From Candidatus Levyibacteriota bacterium (GTDB lineage: Bacteria; Patescibacteriota; Microgenomatia; Levybacterales; UBA12049), in the NCBI GenBank assembly GCA_029260965.1, contig JAJDCG010000002.1, forward strand, positions 124,707-188,706: a DNA stretch of 64,000 bases, read 5' to 3'. The notes under the pieces were generated by a model. It was not told the origin of the DNA and searched no databases. It worked only from the letters and a program-made list of their open reading frames with translations. Below, one piece after another: positions 1-10,486 of the stretch. Each line of letters begins with the position of its first letter. Position 1 is the stretch's first letter. The translations under genes were made by a program, and so were the position numbers.

Positions 1-48
1 GACCTTCGTCAATTTGTCCTGGAGTAAGTATTTTATTAAAATCTGGCA
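1..48 (-). CDS. 5' end of an ORF running off the window edge (MPDFNKILTPGQIDEG...). It lies downstream of gyrB on the same strand. Identity unknown.
   Basis: The reverse complement of nt 40-48 is ATG, and the open frame continues to the window edge. Only 16 codons are visible. Confidence 0.25.
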
Positions 49-94
49 TATAATTATTATAAATTATAACACAATATCAACCTCGGACATTTAT

Positions 95-2068
<1,974 letters not shown>

Positions 2069-2147
2069 TCAATCCATAATATACTAATCTATTAGTAATT
2101 TCAACCACTACAAGTATTTCTCACTCTCGTATTTTTTATTAAATATA

Positions 2148-2175
2148 TTGACAGGATAGGCTTTTTTGTTAAAAT
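2148..2175 (+). promoter_or_regulatory. sigma70-like promoter: TTGACA, 16-nt spacer, TAAAAT
   Basis: TTGACA at 2148-2153, TAAAAT at 2170-2175, and the ATG of the 2185 ORF 10 nt downstream. A divergent TTGAAA-N17-TATTAT reads toward gyrB on the other strand. Confidence 0.4.
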
Positions 2176-2184
2176 GATAGAGTC

Positions 2185-2637
2185 ATGGAGAATGATATTG
2201 GGTTTGAAAAAGATGCTCGAACAAAAGAAGAGGTAGTTAAAACCTTTATTAAAATGGTTAGAAGTTTTAACTCTCCTCGGATAAGCAGGAAACCACCTAC
2301 TCCATCAGATGTTGTAAGATATTGGCGTTCAGAGCGAGATACTAGAAAGAATCCATTTTCAATTCTAGAGGAGGAGCAGGAGTTCTTTATTAATGCTATT
2401 GGGGAAATAACAGGTGCGCATAAGTTATTGATTCATGATGGAATTAGCGAAGGGAGAAGGGTGCGTAAAGATAGTGATGGAGAACTTTTATCAATAGATG
2501 ATATCTCAAAATTGGCTAAGAGGTATGCAGATTATCAGACAAACCTGAAATCACATGCTCAGGTATGTCAAATAGCATTTATATTCGGCTACGGAGAAAC
2601 TATGGAAGAGGAGTTTGAGAGAGTTGTGAAACAATAA
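2185..2637 (+). CDS. hypothetical protein, 150 aa
   Basis: Clean ORF with the promoter above. No recognisable motif. Confidence 0.5.
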   Translation: MENDIGFEKDARTKEEVVKTFIKMVRSFNSPRISRKPPTPSDVVRYWRSERDTRKNPFSILEEEQEFFINAIGEITGAHKLLIHDGISEGRRVRKDSDGELLSIDDISKLAKRYADYQTNLKSHAQVCQIAFIFGYGETMEEEFERVVKQ

Positions 2638-2696
2638 TCCCCATGAGGTAAAACTGGGAATTATCGCGATTACCAATCTATGATAAGATTTATTGA

Positions 2697-3059
2697 ATGG
2701 ATAAATTAACAACTAATTTGAAAAGCAAAAAATGCGTGCCGTGTGAGGGTGGAGTCAAGCCTCTGACACCTGATGAGTATGGTGCTTATTTGCGCTCTGA
2801 ATTGGATGGATGGATTGATTTTGAGGAGAAACGGATCGAAAAGGATTATAAATTTAAAAACTTCAAAGAAGCATTGGAATTTGTGAATAAGGTTGGTGTT
2901 ATTGCTGAAGAGGAGGGGCATCATCCTGACATCAATCTGTTTGGCTGGAATAAGGTCAAATTAACTCTCTCTACCCACGCAATCGGTGGCTTGTCAGAAA
3001 ATGACTTTATCTTGGCATCCAAAATAGATAGTTGGCACTTATCCCTTGACATCATGTAA
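2697..3059 (+). CDS. pterin-4a-carbinolamine dehydratase (PCD/DCoH family)
   Basis: EEGHHPDINLFGWNKVKLTLSTHAIGGLS matches the PCD signature [E]-x-H-H-P-x5-6-[YW]-x9-H-x3-GL[ST]. N-terminal CxxC as in bacterial PhhB-like proteins. Confidence 0.8.
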   Translation: MDKLTTNLKSKKCVPCEGGVKPLTPDEYGAYLRSELDGWIDFEEKRIEKDYKFKNFKEALEFVNKVGVIAEEEGHHPDINLFGWNKVKLTLSTHAIGGLSENDFILASKIDSWHLSLDIM

Positions 3060-3075
3060 ATAATGTGATATACTA
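3047..3075 (+). promoter_or_regulatory. consensus promoter TTGACA, 17-nt spacer, TATACT, upstream of the transposase gene
   Basis: It sits in the last codons of the PCD gene (...SLDIM), so either the IS carries an outward/inward promoter at its end or the insertion fused onto the PCD 3' end. Confidence 0.45.
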
Positions 3076-3082
3076 GGCTAAG

Positions 3083-3964
3083 ATGAAAACATTCAGCCTC
3101 GGTACATTTTTATTAAAATATAAAAACGATGATGCCTGTTTAGAGCATATCAAAAATATAAGATTTCCTCAAGGAATAGGGTGTGCGAATTGTCGTACTA
3201 TTACTAAATTCACTAAAGTAAAAGGTCGCCCCGTCTATCAATGCTCTTGCGGTTATCAGGTAAGCCCTCTTGCAAACACAATCTTTGAGAAAACTACTAC
3301 ACCACTACAATACTGGTTTTATGCCATGTTCATAATGACCGCCACACGCTCTGGTATCTCTGCTAAGCAACTACAAAGAGAATTAGGGGTAACTTACAAG
3401 ACAGCTTGGCGTATGATGAAGCAAATAAGGCTTTTAATGGCAAATATTGACTATATACCCATGAGGGGTATCGTTGAGATTGATGAATCATATTTCGGTG
3501 GTAAACCAAGCAATAGAAAGTTCAAAGTTGCAGGCAAGGGAAAAGAGGCAGTTATGGGAATGGTTGAGCGTGAGGGCAAGGCATACATCAAACATATTCC
3601 AAATACTTATGGCTATACTTTGCTTGGTGTTATCAAGAAAAAGATTGATCCAAGAGCAAGGATAATGTCTGATGAATTACCCACATATAATCATCTTCGT
3701 AAAATGGGGTATGTTCACAGTAAGATCAATCACAGTAAAAGATATGTACTTGCTGATATCCACACTCAAAATATTGAGAGTATGTGGTCAAATATCAAAA
3801 GAGGTGTTTATGGAGTTTACAGGCACGTTTCCAGAGAATATCTACAGACTTACCTTGATGAGTATAGTTGGAGATTCAACCATCGCCAAAATCCAAGTGG
3901 TATGTTTGATTTGTTACTTTCTGAAATAGCTGAAGTGACGGCAATTAAAAGTAAATTGATATAG
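3083..3964 (+). CDS. IS1595-family (ISXO2-like) DDE transposase
   Basis: N-terminal zinc ribbon (CANCRTITKFTKVKGRPVYQCSCGY), then an HTH (ISAKQLQRELGVTYKTAWRMMKQI), then IVEIDESYFGGK, the ISXO2-like transposase core. Confidence 0.85.
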   Translation: MKTFSLGTFLLKYKNDDACLEHIKNIRFPQGIGCANCRTITKFTKVKGRPVYQCSCGYQVSPLANTIFEKTTTPLQYWFYAMFIMTATRSGISAKQLQRELGVTYKTAWRMMKQIRLLMANIDYIPMRGIVEIDESYFGGKPSNRKFKVAGKGKEAVMGMVEREGKAYIKHIPNTYGYTLLGVIKKKIDPRARIMSDELPTYNHLRKMGYVHSKINHSKRYVLADIHTQNIESMWSNIKRGVYGVYRHVSREYLQTYLDEYSWRFNHRQNPSGMFDLLLSEIAEVTAIKSKLI

Positions 3965-4433
3965 TTATATCTACTAGATCATAGTTGCTATTTTCTAAAA
4001 AAATGCTATGATTTATTTAGTATCTGAATAAGGATATTAGAGTTGAAGAAATTGACTTCAATTCGGCTAGAGAGAACAAACACAGCGATTTTTTTTCAGA
4101 AGATAAATCCTTTTTTGTGGTTTGAGAAGAAGTCGTACTGATTTCTTCTCTAGCCATAACGAAGGATTTTTTGTTTTCCGTTTCGACGCAGTTACTGACA
4201 TTGAACCTGAGCCGAGACATTGAAGGAGCGGAAATCGTAAACCTATTTTGGAGAGAAAACCAAGATGGTAAAAATGATAAAACCCGCTAGAAAATATAAA
4301 ATCTAATGCGGGATTTTTTTAGAGGACATTAACAATAAAAGACAATAATTAGGCAGGTATCATAAGTACTCCCTGAGTCATTGTAAATACAATTACAATG
4401 TTCCGTATATAACGGAGAAAGGAGTGATTACTA

Positions 4434-4538
4434 TGAATAATAAGAATAAGGTTCTGATATTCCGCTGGGCATTCAAACATCCAGTAACAGGAAAAATTAT
4501 CAGAGCAAAAACCAAGCCATTCCCCCTGTGGGTGTAGC
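4434..4538 (+). CDS. possible small basic protein, 34 aa (MNNKNKVLIFRWAFKHPVTGKIIRAKTKPFPLWV)
   Basis: Very good Shine-Dalgarno AAAGGAG 8 nt upstream of the ATG, inside an otherwise ORF-free 1.1 kb region. Confidence 0.3.
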
Positions 4539-4770
4539 TGGTGGTGTCATGTGCTAGGTTATTAACAGTCCTGAAATTGTTAAGTTAATAAAAATCTCAG
4601 GTATGGTATCTGCCTAATTGTTATCTTTTAAAGTGCAAAAACTATTAATGTTTGGGCGGACGTGTATTATACCATACGAGTCAAATGACATCAAAAGAAG
4701 ATTTTTGAGTCTGAAATCGGGCAGATTCAATACAGGCATACAATTAGTATCGGACTTTATTTGTATCTTG

Positions 4771-4953
4771 TCAAGTATCAAGACTTGTATCATTTTTATC
4801 AAATGCCTCATGCTTCGTACTCACTTTCACTAATCCAGCAAACATTTTCCTATCCACTTCTGCATTTTCAATAACCTTATGCAACTCTTTGTCCCCTTGA
4901 TTTTCGCTATGCCTTTTCTGTATTCTTTTTAATGTAAGCGTTTTAAAAGCCAT
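4771..4953 (-). CDS. small hypothetical protein, 60 aa, transcribed divergently from the Fic gene
   Basis: A minus-strand TTGACA-N16-TAGGAT element (about 4975-5003) directly precedes its ATG. Confidence 0.3.
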   Translation of the reverse strand: MAFKTLTLKRIQKRHSENQGDKELHKVIENAEVDRKMFAGLVKVSTKHEAFDKNDTSLDT

Positions 4954-5024
4954 ATCCCAATCCTAACAGATGACTATTTTCTGTCAAGATTCTTTACATG
5001 ACGTGTGGGTATATGTGCCTAGAT

Positions 5025-5096
5025 AGTTAGGTTTACATATAACCTTGCAATTAAGCTTACAAATAAACAGTATTGACAATTAGGTTTACAAATAGC
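5025..5096 (+). promoter_or_regulatory. two copies of the operator-like motif TTAGGTTTACA(T/A)ATA, 54 bp apart, upstream of the Fic promoter
   Basis: Copies at 5027-5041 and 5081-5095; the first lies within the palindrome AGGTTtacatatAACCT. Confidence 0.35.
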
Positions 5097-5125
5097 TTGA
5101 CAAATAGTCATAATTGTGTTATAAT
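5097..5125 (+). promoter_or_regulatory. consensus promoter TTGACA, 17-nt spacer, TGtTATAAT (extended -10)
   Basis: Perfect -35 and -10 at 5097-5102 and 5120-5125. The -10 lies inside the ORF-track start at 5114, so the real Fic start must be downstream. Confidence 0.55.
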
Positions 5126-5131
5126 TTATTC

Positions 5132-6178
5132 ATGTTTCAGCCTAAATTCACACTTAGTATGAAAATGCTCTCAACCCTGGGGAGTATTGAACGACTTTAT
5201 GGACAGCTTCATTCAGAAAAGTTAATTCCTTCCCTTTCGCTTCGTTTGACACAGGAAAATCAGATCCTGGCAACACATTACTCAACCAGCATTGAGGGCA
5301 ATCCCCTCTCGCCTCAGGACGTGACCAATGTAGTCCTGGGGGATCAGATCCCCAGCACCAAATCAGAGCGTGAAGTCAAGAATTACTTTGCGATTTTAAC
5401 TAGCCTGACTAATCTGGCGCGTCAAAATGTTCCTGTTTCAGTAGAGCTGACAGAAAAATTTCATGCTCAGCTCATGGACGGGCTTGAGGAGAAAAGTAAA
5501 TGGGGCCTCAGAGATGGAGGCGTTTTTGTCGGGCACAAGGAAAAGGATCAGATGGTCGTCAAGCACAATCCTCCATATCATACAAAAGCGGAGATCAAAA
5601 AAGCGCTCAATGAGCTTTATGATTGGCTAAAGAAAGAGAGTGATATTCATCCACTTCTAAAAGCTGGTATTTTTCATCATCAATTTGCCTATATCCATCC
5701 TTTTTTTGACGGAAATGGTCGTGTGGGTAGGATTTTGACTACTTATTTTTTACTTCTCAAGCACTATGAAGTCAGCAAATACTTTATATTGGATGATTAT
5801 TATGATATTGATCGTCATCTTTATTCAGACACACTGCATACTGCAGACAGTGGTGATAAGACAAGCTGGCTTGAATATTTCCTGGAGGGAATAGCCAGTT
5901 CAATGCAGGCAGCTGAGGGGCGGATAGTTGATTTGAAACGCATCAATTTGGATGATATTGAAGGAGAGAAAAGAGTTTTGGTAACTGCACGCGAGGAAGA
6001 TGTTTTGCAAATCATTATTGAGAAAAAAGCTATCAAAACATCTGATATAGAGGAGGCATTTAGTGTCACCCGCCAGCAGGCGCATGCGCTTCTTTCATCG
6101 CTTGTTGGTAAAGGGCTTCTTGAGAAGTTTGGTAAAACCAAAACAAGCTACTACAAATTGGCTAAGAATAGTTCTTGA
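5132..6178 (+). CDS. Fic-family protein (probable AMPylase) with N-terminal inhibitory motif and C-terminal winged helix
   Basis: Canonical Fic motif HPFFDGNGRVGR. An N-terminal S-x-x-x-E-G (STSIEGN) suggests a self-inhibited class. The start was moved downstream of the promoter; ATG 5132 or 5159 are both possible. Confidence 0.8.
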   Translation: MFQPKFTLSMKMLSTLGSIERLYGQLHSEKLIPSLSLRLTQENQILATHYSTSIEGNPLSPQDVTNVVLGDQIPSTKSEREVKNYFAILTSLTNLARQNVPVSVELTEKFHAQLMDGLEEKSKWGLRDGGVFVGHKEKDQMVVKHNPPYHTKAEIKKALNELYDWLKKESDIHPLLKAGIFHHQFAYIHPFFDGNGRVGRILTTYFLLLKHYEVSKYFILDDYYDIDRHLYSDTLHTADSGDKTSWLEYFLEGIASSMQAAEGRIVDLKRINLDDIEGEKRVLVTAREEDVLQIIIEKKAIKTSDIEEAFSVTRQQAHALLSSLVGKGLLEKFGKTKTSYYKLAKNSS

Positions 6179-6213
6179 CAGGTGGCATGTTGCTATTACT
6201 ATAATCAGTTAAT

Positions 6214-6708
6214 ATGGCATTCCCTGAGAGTGTCGCTTCTCATTTAGAACCGGAGAAACTTCGTGCTGCAATAATAACAGATACAAGTAGAAATATCTTT
6301 GTGGTAGATCAGGGTTTGATAGGAAGAGTGGGTAAAAGCATGATGGGTTTTTCTGTGGATGAAATAAATGATTCTTGGGTAGAGCCTGTTGCATTTGACT
6401 TAGGCTTAAGACATGATTTTATAGTCAAAGGAATTGAGAAAGGAAGAAAAATAGCTGAGGAGATGGAGCAGGTTTATCCATTGAGTGATAATAATCCAGA
6501 AACAAAGGGGTTAAGAACAATAGCGTATAGAGAAAATTCAGAAACATATCTTAGAGAGATCGAGGATGGACTAGAAAGGAATAGCTTTGCAGTTGGTTTT
6601 GCTGCTGGAATAGTACTGGGACAAAAAAAGATTCAAGAAAAAGTTTTGCTTGACTCCATGGGATTTGGTGATATAATCACTTCATTATGTCAAGTGCAGA
6701 AAGAATAA
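6214..6708 (+). CDS. hypothetical protein, 164 aa; first of three mosaic paralogous genes
   Basis: Its C-terminal region (VGFAAGIVLGQKKIQE) resembles the C-terminus of the third paralog. Its last ~18 codons are encoded by the duplicated promoter repeat. Confidence 0.55.
   Translation: MAFPESVASHLEPEKLRAAIITDTSRNIFVVDQGLIGRVGKSMMGFSVDEINDSWVEPVAFDLGLRHDFIVKGIEKGRKIAEEMEQVYPLSDNNPETKGLRTIAYRENSETYLREIEDGLERNSFAVGFAAGIVLGQKKIQEKVLLDSMGFGDIITSLCQVQKE
6650..6677 (+). promoter_or_regulatory. promoter copy 1: TTGACT, 16-nt spacer, TGaTATAAT
   Basis: Near-identical copy at 7234-7261. The ATG of the next gene is 9 nt after the -10, so the transcript is near-leaderless. Confidence 0.5.
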
Positions 6709-7184
6709 TCCCCGTAGATAAAAGTCCACTATTTGCCAAGCAAGTAAGTGAAGTGTTTGTATCGGCAATGTCCGAAGATCCTAGTAAATTTAAAGAACCT
6801 GCAAATGTTGTACGTCAATGGAGTATTGCAGCGGCCGAAGTTTATAACATTCATGACTGGCCTCCATTTATTAACGAGAAGCAAGAATTAGACGCATTCG
6901 TGGATACGATATCTAAAGCATATAATTGTGACCTAGAAGAAGTGAGAAAAGGCGTTGAGTTGGGTAAAAAGCTACGTGAAGCTGAGATGGTGAGGGGATA
7001 TGATCGCGAAAGAAAAAATAAAGTATTTGATTTATTGCGAGACAATGAATTCAAACAAGAAACCACAAATGAGGTTAGGGAGATAAGTTTGCAGGCTGGT
7101 TATTTGTTCCGGAAAAGAAGTCATCCTCCAGTTGTGAGGCAAAAGTATGAAAGAATTGACCGTGCATCTCTTCTAGAAGCATAA
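6687..7184 (+). CDS. hypothetical protein, 165 aa; paralog 2
   Basis: Homologous to paralog 3: VVRQWSIAAAEVY versus ITRQWIRVTADMY, and KAYNCDLEEVRKGVELGKKL versus EHFGCDPSVVMQGVSLGREI. Confidence 0.6.
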   Translation: MSSAERIIPVDKSPLFAKQVSEVFVSAMSEDPSKFKEPANVVRQWSIAAAEVYNIHDWPPFINEKQELDAFVDTISKAYNCDLEEVRKGVELGKKLREAEMVRGYDRERKNKVFDLLRDNEFKQETTNEVREISLQAGYLFRKRSHPPVVRQKYERIDRASLLEA

Positions 7185-7233
7185 ATCCATATTTTCCGTC
7201 TATTCAATTTATATGCTTTTTAAACAAAAAACG

Positions 7234-7261
7234 TTGACTCCATGGGATTTGGTGTTATAAT
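7234..7261 (+). promoter_or_regulatory. promoter copy 2: TTGACT, 16-nt spacer, TGtTATAAT
   Basis: 28 of 29 nt identical to copy 1 (ttgactccatgggatttggtg[a/t]tataat). Confidence 0.5.
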
Positions 7262-7264
7262 TGC

Positions 7265-7780
7265 ATGAATATGAAAGAAGTAGGGCCAGCAAAGGATCAA
7301 ATCGAAGGAGTAGCTAGGGAGATAAATCCTTTTGTGTTAATCGTGAAAGAGAATCCAGACTTATTCAAAGATTTAAAAACGCCTCAGAATCTAATGAATA
7401 TTACACGTCAGTGGATCCGAGTAACAGCAGATATGTATGGTGAAGTTCTTTTTGATAGGAGTATAAAAGAAAGAAGCTTTGCGGCAGATGTATCTGAGCA
7501 TTTTGGTTGTGATCCATCAGTTGTGATGCAGGGGGTCAGTCTAGGGAGAGAAATCTATGCAAGGCTAGAAAAAGCATATCCAGGAGCAGATCATGATGGG
7601 GATATCCGTGAAGCACGAAGAATAGCAAGATTAAAGGCGATGGAATATCATTTGGGAGATTTTGAGGAGGATCAGAGAGTTGGTGCAGCATTTGGTATAG
7701 AAGCAGGCGTTATATTTCCCCAGCAGAGAATTGAGGATCCTGAATTTCTGAGAAATCAGGGCATCAATCCATTTTCATAA
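7265..7780 (+). CDS. hypothetical protein, 171 aa; paralog 3. The real start is probably the second ATG at 7271, 9 nt after the -10.
   Basis: Combines the N-terminal region shared with paralog 2 and the C-terminal region shared with paralog 1. Confidence 0.6.
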   Translation: MNMKEVGPAKDQIEGVAREINPFVLIVKENPDLFKDLKTPQNLMNITRQWIRVTADMYGEVLFDRSIKERSFAADVSEHFGCDPSVVMQGVSLGREIYARLEKAYPGADHDGDIREARRIARLKAMEYHLGDFEEDQRVGAAFGIEAGVIFPQQRIEDPEFLRNQGINPFS

Positions 7781-7823
7781 AATTCTTTTTTGCTTCCCTA
7801 CAATTTAGATATATAATATCCTC

Positions 7824-8702
7824 ATGAGTGAGAATTCTCCCAAAATCGGTCTTGCGCTGGGATCAGGTGGTGCCAGAGGTTTGGCGCATATCGGCGTTCT
7901 TAAAGCGCTTGAGAAAGCGGACATAAAAATAGATTATGTTGCAGGTTCCAGTATCGGTGCGCTGATTGGTGCATACTATGCTGCCTCCCCCACTCTTTCA
8001 AAATTGGAAGAATTCATTTTCTCTTTCAACAAGAGAAAAGGTTTTGCACTTTTTGATCCTACACTCCGCGGAGGGCTTATAAAAGGCAACAAATTTGAAA
8101 AATTGATTGAAGACCTTCTGGATGAGAAAAAATTTGAACGTTTGCGTATACCATTCTCTGCAGTGGCAACTGATTTTAATACCGCAGAGGAGGTGGTCCT
8201 GGATAATGGCGTACTGGCCAAGGCGGTGCGTGCAAGCATCTCTGTTCCTGCAGTTTTCCGTCCTGTTGAGCTAGGAAAACAAATCTTGGCAGACGGAGGG
8301 TTGTCCAATCCCGTACCTGTATCAGTAGTGCGTGAGATGGGTGCTGATTTGGTGATTGCTGTAAATGTAGAGCCCAGCTATTTTTATAAACCTATTGAGA
8401 GCCTGCCGCCACTCACAGGTATACCTGCACATTCTGTAAATATTCTCAGGCATAATCTGACGTTTCATTCGCTCAAGACTGCGGACATAGTTATTTCCCC
8501 CGATACGCCCGTCAGGAGTCTCGTCGGGTGGGATTATTTTTTTGATCGTGAGAAAGCGCGTGCTGTCATCGCGGCAGGGGAAAAAGCCGCAGAAAAAGCA
8601 ATTCCCGAGATAAGAAGGTTAGTTGAGGAGAGAGGCAAGAGGAAAGAAAGTATTTGGGAAAAATTTATAATAGTTTTTAAAAACAAGCATAGGCTGCGTT
8701 AG
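7824..8702 (+). CDS. patatin-like phospholipase
   Basis: GxGxxG oxyanion motif (GSGGARG), nucleophile elbow GSSIG (GxSxG) and the catalytic Asp in ADGG. Confidence 0.85.
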   Translation: MSENSPKIGLALGSGGARGLAHIGVLKALEKADIKIDYVAGSSIGALIGAYYAASPTLSKLEEFIFSFNKRKGFALFDPTLRGGLIKGNKFEKLIEDLLDEKKFERLRIPFSAVATDFNTAEEVVLDNGVLAKAVRASISVPAVFRPVELGKQILADGGLSNPVPVSVVREMGADLVIAVNVEPSYFYKPIESLPPLTGIPAHSVNILRHNLTFHSLKTADIVISPDTPVRSLVGWDYFFDREKARAVIAAGEKAAEKAIPEIRRLVEERGKRKESIWEKFIIVFKNKHRLR

Positions 8703-9268
8703 TTACTTCTGGTCGATAGCTCAAATTCTTCAATAAGTTCTTTTGTAGGATTTATAACTTTTATTTCGTATTCTCTTTTCACCACTTTAATTGGGTTCTT
8801 ATTTATCTCAGATATTAGGAAATCTTCAATGTCATTATATAGCTTTAATATGTCTATATTAAGAACGCCGTTCGCAATGTAATGATTGTGGCTATTTATT
8901 GATATTCGCCAGTCGACAGTTTTGTTACCATACCTTGCTGTTGAGGGTACATCGCTATGTATTAGTGTGTGTCTAAACATCTTCCAAATAAGATTAGGCG
9001 CTTCATAATGTAGTTTTTCTTTTAAAAATTTTATAGATGGATTTTTTGTATTGGGATAATATGCTTTTGCTAGAGTTTCAATAATCGGCATGAGAAGTCG
9101 GATGCCAGACCAGAAACCGATATAATTTTTTAAAAAAGCATGCTTTTTAATAACTTCCATAAATACACCTGTTTCACCTTGCAGTCTTCCTTTAATTCCA
9201 ATTAAATAATCCCTGAGGAGAATTTTCTCTTTAGAATACTTTATTGTATTTTTTTTATTTTTCTTCAT
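8699..9268 (-). CDS. hypothetical protein, 189 aa
   Basis: ORF overlapping the start of rarA by 14 nt (operonic). No recognisable motif. Confidence 0.5.
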   Translation of the reverse strand: MKKNKKNTIKYSKEKILLRDYLIGIKGRLQGETGVFMEVIKKHAFLKNYIGFWSGIRLLMPIIETLAKAYYPNTKNPSIKFLKEKLHYEAPNLIWKMFRHTLIHSDVPSTARYGNKTVDWRISINSHNHYIANGVLNIDILKLYNDIEDFLISEINKNPIKVVKREYEIKVINPTKELIEEFELSTRSN

Positions 9269-10451
9269 AAAACTTTTTTCCTTTTAATTTCTCAGGCAGA
9301 TGATACAATCCTTCCTTCGTTCCGACTTCTCCTTCTTTCCAACTGTAATCTTTGCCGTAGCCGAGATTTTTCATGAGGCTAGTTGGGGCATTTCTGAGAT
9401 GAAGTGGGATGGGTTCATTGGGATATTCATAGACTGCTTTTTTGGCCTGTCCCAGCGCATTTGGTACTGCCCTACTTTTTTTGGCACTTGCAAGATAAAT
9501 CACAATGTGCGCGAGGATGAGCTGGGATTCTGGCATGCCGATTTTCTGGACTGCCTCAAAGCATTCGTTGGCTTGGATGAGGGCTCCCCGATCTGCAAGA
9601 CCTATGTCTTCTGATGCAAAAATAATCATGCGTCTTGCAATAAATTTGGGATCTTCACCATTCTCAAGCATTCTTAGTAGATAATACAAAGAAGCATCCA
9701 CATCAGATCCGCGCATGGATTTGATAAATGCTGAGATAATATTAAAGTGCTCATCTGCCTTCTTATCATAGAGGCCTGCGGATTTTGTTTGGAAAATTTC
9801 CTGCACTATTTCTGGTGTTATATTTTTATCTTTGTATCCATTTATTGCTAGCTCAAGTGCATTTAGCAGTATGCGTGCATCACCGCCAGAAAGACGGATT
9901 AATAATTTTCTCGCCTTATCTGGTAAAGTCTTTTTTGAAGACCCCAATCCCCTCTTTTTATCTGTGAGTGCTCTATCAATTATTTTTTCAAGATCTTTGG
10001 ATTCCAAGCTTTTTAAAACAAAAACGCGGGAACGGGATAGTAAAGCGCTTATTATTTCAAAAGACGGATTCTCAGTTGTCGCGCCAATGAGGGTGATAAG
10101 TCCTGACTCAACGTATGGGAGAAGTGCGTCTTGTTGAGTTTTATTCCAGCGATGAATCTCATCAATAAAAAGAATTGTTTTGTGTTCGGACTTTTGAGCT
10201 TTGCCCACTATATCCTTCAAATCAGCTTTGCCTGTTTCAACTGCTGAGAGGTGAAAAAAATCGGCATTTACCGACTTTGCGATGATGTGTGCCAGAGTGG
10301 TTTTGCCTGACCCTGGTGGTCCCCAAAAAATCATGGAGGAGATGTTGCCTGTCTCAATCATACGGCAAAGGATTTTGTCTTTTCCTACTAGATCATCCTG
10401 CCCGATGAATTCGTCAAAATTTTGAGGCCTCATTCTGTATGCGAGGTTCAT
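9255..10451 (-). CDS. rarA: replication-associated recombination protein A (AAA+ ATPase MgsA/RarA)
   Basis: Walker A GPPGSGKTT, and AAA+ lid and MgsA C-terminal domains conserved along the full length. Confidence 0.9.
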   Translation of the reverse strand: MNLAYRMRPQNFDEFIGQDDLVGKDKILCRMIETGNISSMIFWGPPGSGKTTLAHIIAKSVNADFFHLSAVETGKADLKDIVGKAQKSEHKTILFIDEIHRWNKTQQDALLPYVESGLITLIGATTENPSFEIISALLSRSRVFVLKSLESKDLEKIIDRALTDKKRGLGSSKKTLPDKARKLLIRLSGGDARILLNALELAINGYKDKNITPEIVQEIFQTKSAGLYDKKADEHFNIISAFIKSMRGSDVDASLYYLLRMLENGEDPKFIARRMIIFASEDIGLADRGALIQANECFEAVQKIGMPESQLILAHIVIYLASAKKSRAVPNALGQAKKAVYEYPNEPIPLHLRNAPTSLMKNLGYGKDYSWKEGEVGTKEGLYHLPEKLKGKKFYEEK

Positions 10452-10486
10452 AGTAAGAAGTATTGTAGCATAATAGCAATAAGCAG

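Larger units (their letters stand above)
3040..4010 (+). mobile_element. IS1595-family insertion sequence; ends approximate, terminal inverted repeats not identified
   Basis: Single-ORF IS architecture. A 7-bp inverted repeat ATCATAG...CTATGAT lies just downstream of the stop (3978-4012). Confidence 0.45.

Noticed and set aside
3000-4060. Terminal inverted repeats of the IS1595 element
   Set aside because: I could not find convincing 15-40 bp inverted repeats flanking the transposase by eye. The IS boundaries therefore remain approximate.
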